From the NCBI RefSeq assembly GCF_035594765.1, contig NC_085841.1, positions 160,565,574-160,629,573 on the forward strand: a stretch of 64,000 nt of DNA, written 5' to 3'. The DNA comes from Anolis carolinensis. Its lineage: Eukaryota. Position numbers and translations under genes: made by a program. This document shows positions 61,901-64,000 of the stretch, piece after piece. Under the pieces are notes generated by a model, which was not told the DNA's origin, ran no database searches, and saw nothing but the letters and a program-made list of their open reading frames with translations. Positions within the stretch are counted from its first letter, which is position 1, and every line of letters begins with the position of its first letter.

Positions 61901-62184
61901 TATGAAGCTGCAGCTCTGGTCTGCATGAAAGAATGGATAACACTAGAGAATTAAAAAAAAACTACTGACATTTGAAGGACACGATTTAAGCTATAGGTGG
62001 CATGGATACTTAATATATGAAAAAAAATTAATTGACTCTAATTTTAAGAGCCACCTGCTAAGGAACACACTATACAGAGTATGGAAAAAGTACAAACCAA
62101 GACTACTTTAAAAATAGCTTTGTGGACAACTACAAAGGAAGCCTTCCATTGGACAGAGTTGCGGGGAGACTAATAGCTGTCCTA

Positions 62185-62924
62185 CCCTGTTTCCCCTAAA
62201 ATAAGACATCCCCAGAAAATAAGACCTAGTAGAGGTTCTGCTGAATAGCTAAATATAAGGCCTCCCCTGAAAGTAAGACCTAGCAAAGTTTTTGTTTGGA
62301 AGCCTGCCCGCCGAACTGAACACCAGAGCATATAGGATCGGTAAATGTACTTACCATAGATAGTTGTACATGGAAATAATGGTAGTACAGTTGAGTCTCA
62401 CTTATCCAGCACTCGCTTGTCCAACGTTCTGGATTATCCAGCGCATTTTTGTAGTCAATGTTTTCAATACATTGTGATATTTTGGTGCTAAATTCGTAAT
62501 ACAGTAATTACTACATAGCATTACTGCGTATTGAACTACTTTTTCTGTCAAATTTGTTGTATAACATGATGTTTTGGTGCTTCATTTGTAAAATCATAAC
62601 CTAATTTGATGTTTAATAGACTTTTCCTTAATCCCTCCTTATTATCCAACATATTCACTTATCCCACGTTCTGCCGGCCCGTTTATGTTGGATAAGTGAG
62701 ACTCTACTGTAACAAGAAATTCTTGATAGGATTCAGTTTGTCTGGTTATGCTGGTTTATGATGACAACTACTGTACAGTATATAATAAATGTTCATTTTT
62801 TGTTGAACAATAAATGTGAATTCTTCTTCATGGAAAAATAAGACATCCCCTGAAAATAAGACCTAGTGCATCTTTGGGAGCAAAAATTAATATAAGACAC
62901 TGTCTTATTTTTGGGGAAACACGG
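62185..62924 (-). mobile_element. MITE family B (inverted), interrupted by a family A MITE
   Basis: CCCTGTTTCCCC...GGGGAAACACGG; TA TSD. Confidence 0.9.
62388..62709 (-). mobile_element. Tc1/mariner-type MITE, family A, nested in family B
   Basis: TIRs and TA TSD. Confidence 0.92.
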
Positions 62925-64000
62925 TATAAATACGCACTAATTGGACAACAAAATGAAACTCATCTAAAAAATCCAAGCCAACTACAACAAGAGGTCATGA
63001 AATTTTCATGGTTTCAGTATAGACAACCACAAGAAAGATACCTAATGGCTAAGAAAATAGGCATCAATTGGAAAGATAATGAAATAGATAATATTTTCTT
63101 TCAGTCAAAGGAAAAATGAATTGCTAAAGCCTATAAAATAGTATTAAAATTAGACACAGAAGTACATCTTATCAAAGATTGTATGATTCAATGTTCAAAA
63201 TTGTGGGCCATAATAGCCACCTAGACAAATGGGAACAGATGTGGAAAACAAAGATTAAGTTCACAAAATGCTATGTTCTAAGAGACAATTTCTACAAGAT
63301 GATGTAGAGACGGTACATGATGCCAGAAAGATTAGCAGAGATGGAACCAAACTTCAAAAATGTCTGTTGAAAATGTTATCAAAAAGAAGGAACTTTTTAC
63401 TATATGTGGACAACATGTCCTAAACCAAAAAATAAAAAATAAATCTAGATTATAATTCATGAAAAAATTGAAAACATCTTTAAAAAATACCACTAGAGCT
63501 AGAAGCCTTTCTCTTGTGACTCAAAAATTCAACACTACCAAAAAGAAATTTCTGGTACTCTTTTTATATATGGTAACTGCAGCAAAAATTGTTTATGCTT
63601 ACTATTAGAAGAAATTCCCAGCCAAGATTTATGGATTATAAAAATGTTGGACATGGCAGAGATGGACAAACTGACTAGGTTTATACAATTGCCAGATCAT
63701 TTCAAATTTGAAGAAGAATGGCAGCCCTTTGTTAACTATTTAAAAGAAGAAAACAAAATGAAAATAATGGTTTTAATAGCATTAAAGAAAAATTAGTACT
63801 GCGGGGATGTAGGAATAACAAGAAAAAATAGAGAAGTTAGTGACAAGAATAACAGGATCCCCAATGATATCCAAGGGATCCTGAAAAGTTAATCTACCAG
63901 TTTGTTTTAATTTGAAGAAGACAGCAGAGACAAGGTAGGAAGCATTAGTTAAGGCTTTCTATTTTCTATTTCCCTACTTTTCTATCTCTTTTGTTTCAAA

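Larger units (their letters stand above)
60420..63830 (+). mobile_element. Decayed L1-clade ORF2 remnant hosting nested MITEs
   Basis: GRITTIKINV; PSLKLY|YEAAALV rejoins across the MITE at 60740-61900; LRDNFYKMM..YMMPERL...C*KC..KEGTFYYMWTTC. Boundaries are approximate. Confidence 0.75.

Noticed and set aside
52210-64000. Next PLCB4 coding exon (expected roughly QWVEGL...)
   Set aside because: No matching exon with splice sites was found; caatgggtaag at ~58935 does not extend in frame. The exon probably lies beyond the window.

Overview
AT-rich, repeat-dense vertebrate genomic DNA. The repeat families (Sauria SINE, Anolis-type SINE2, BovB/RTE, L2, L1, SPIN- and OC1-like hATs) point to a squamate, most likely an Anolis lizard. 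The only host gene I can support is PLCB4 (phospholipase C beta-4, + strand): its first four coding exons lie at 41514-52209, and both its promoter/5'UTR exons and its later exons are outside the window or unrecognised. The most notable element is a full-length, very young Ty3/Gypsy chromovirus of the Tf1/sushi (PEG10-related) group at 7196-13618. It has 974-bp LTRs, an ACACC target-site duplication (TSD) and intact gag and pol ORFs. It shows (i) a tRNA-independent self-priming site, with the PBS complementary to the predicted 5' end of its own RNA and a U5-leader stem, (ii) a predicted -1 frameshift cassette with a non-canonical slippery heptamer and a candidate pseudoknot, and (iii) a pol ORF that runs past the chromodomain and polypurine tract (PPT) about 97 codons into the 3' LTR, ending in an HMGN-like RRSARIAAK motif. 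The rest is LINE fragments, SINEs and many MITEs, including a three-tier nest at 60.4-63.8 kb. All comparisons were made by eye; family names rest on recalled consensus features, not database searches.
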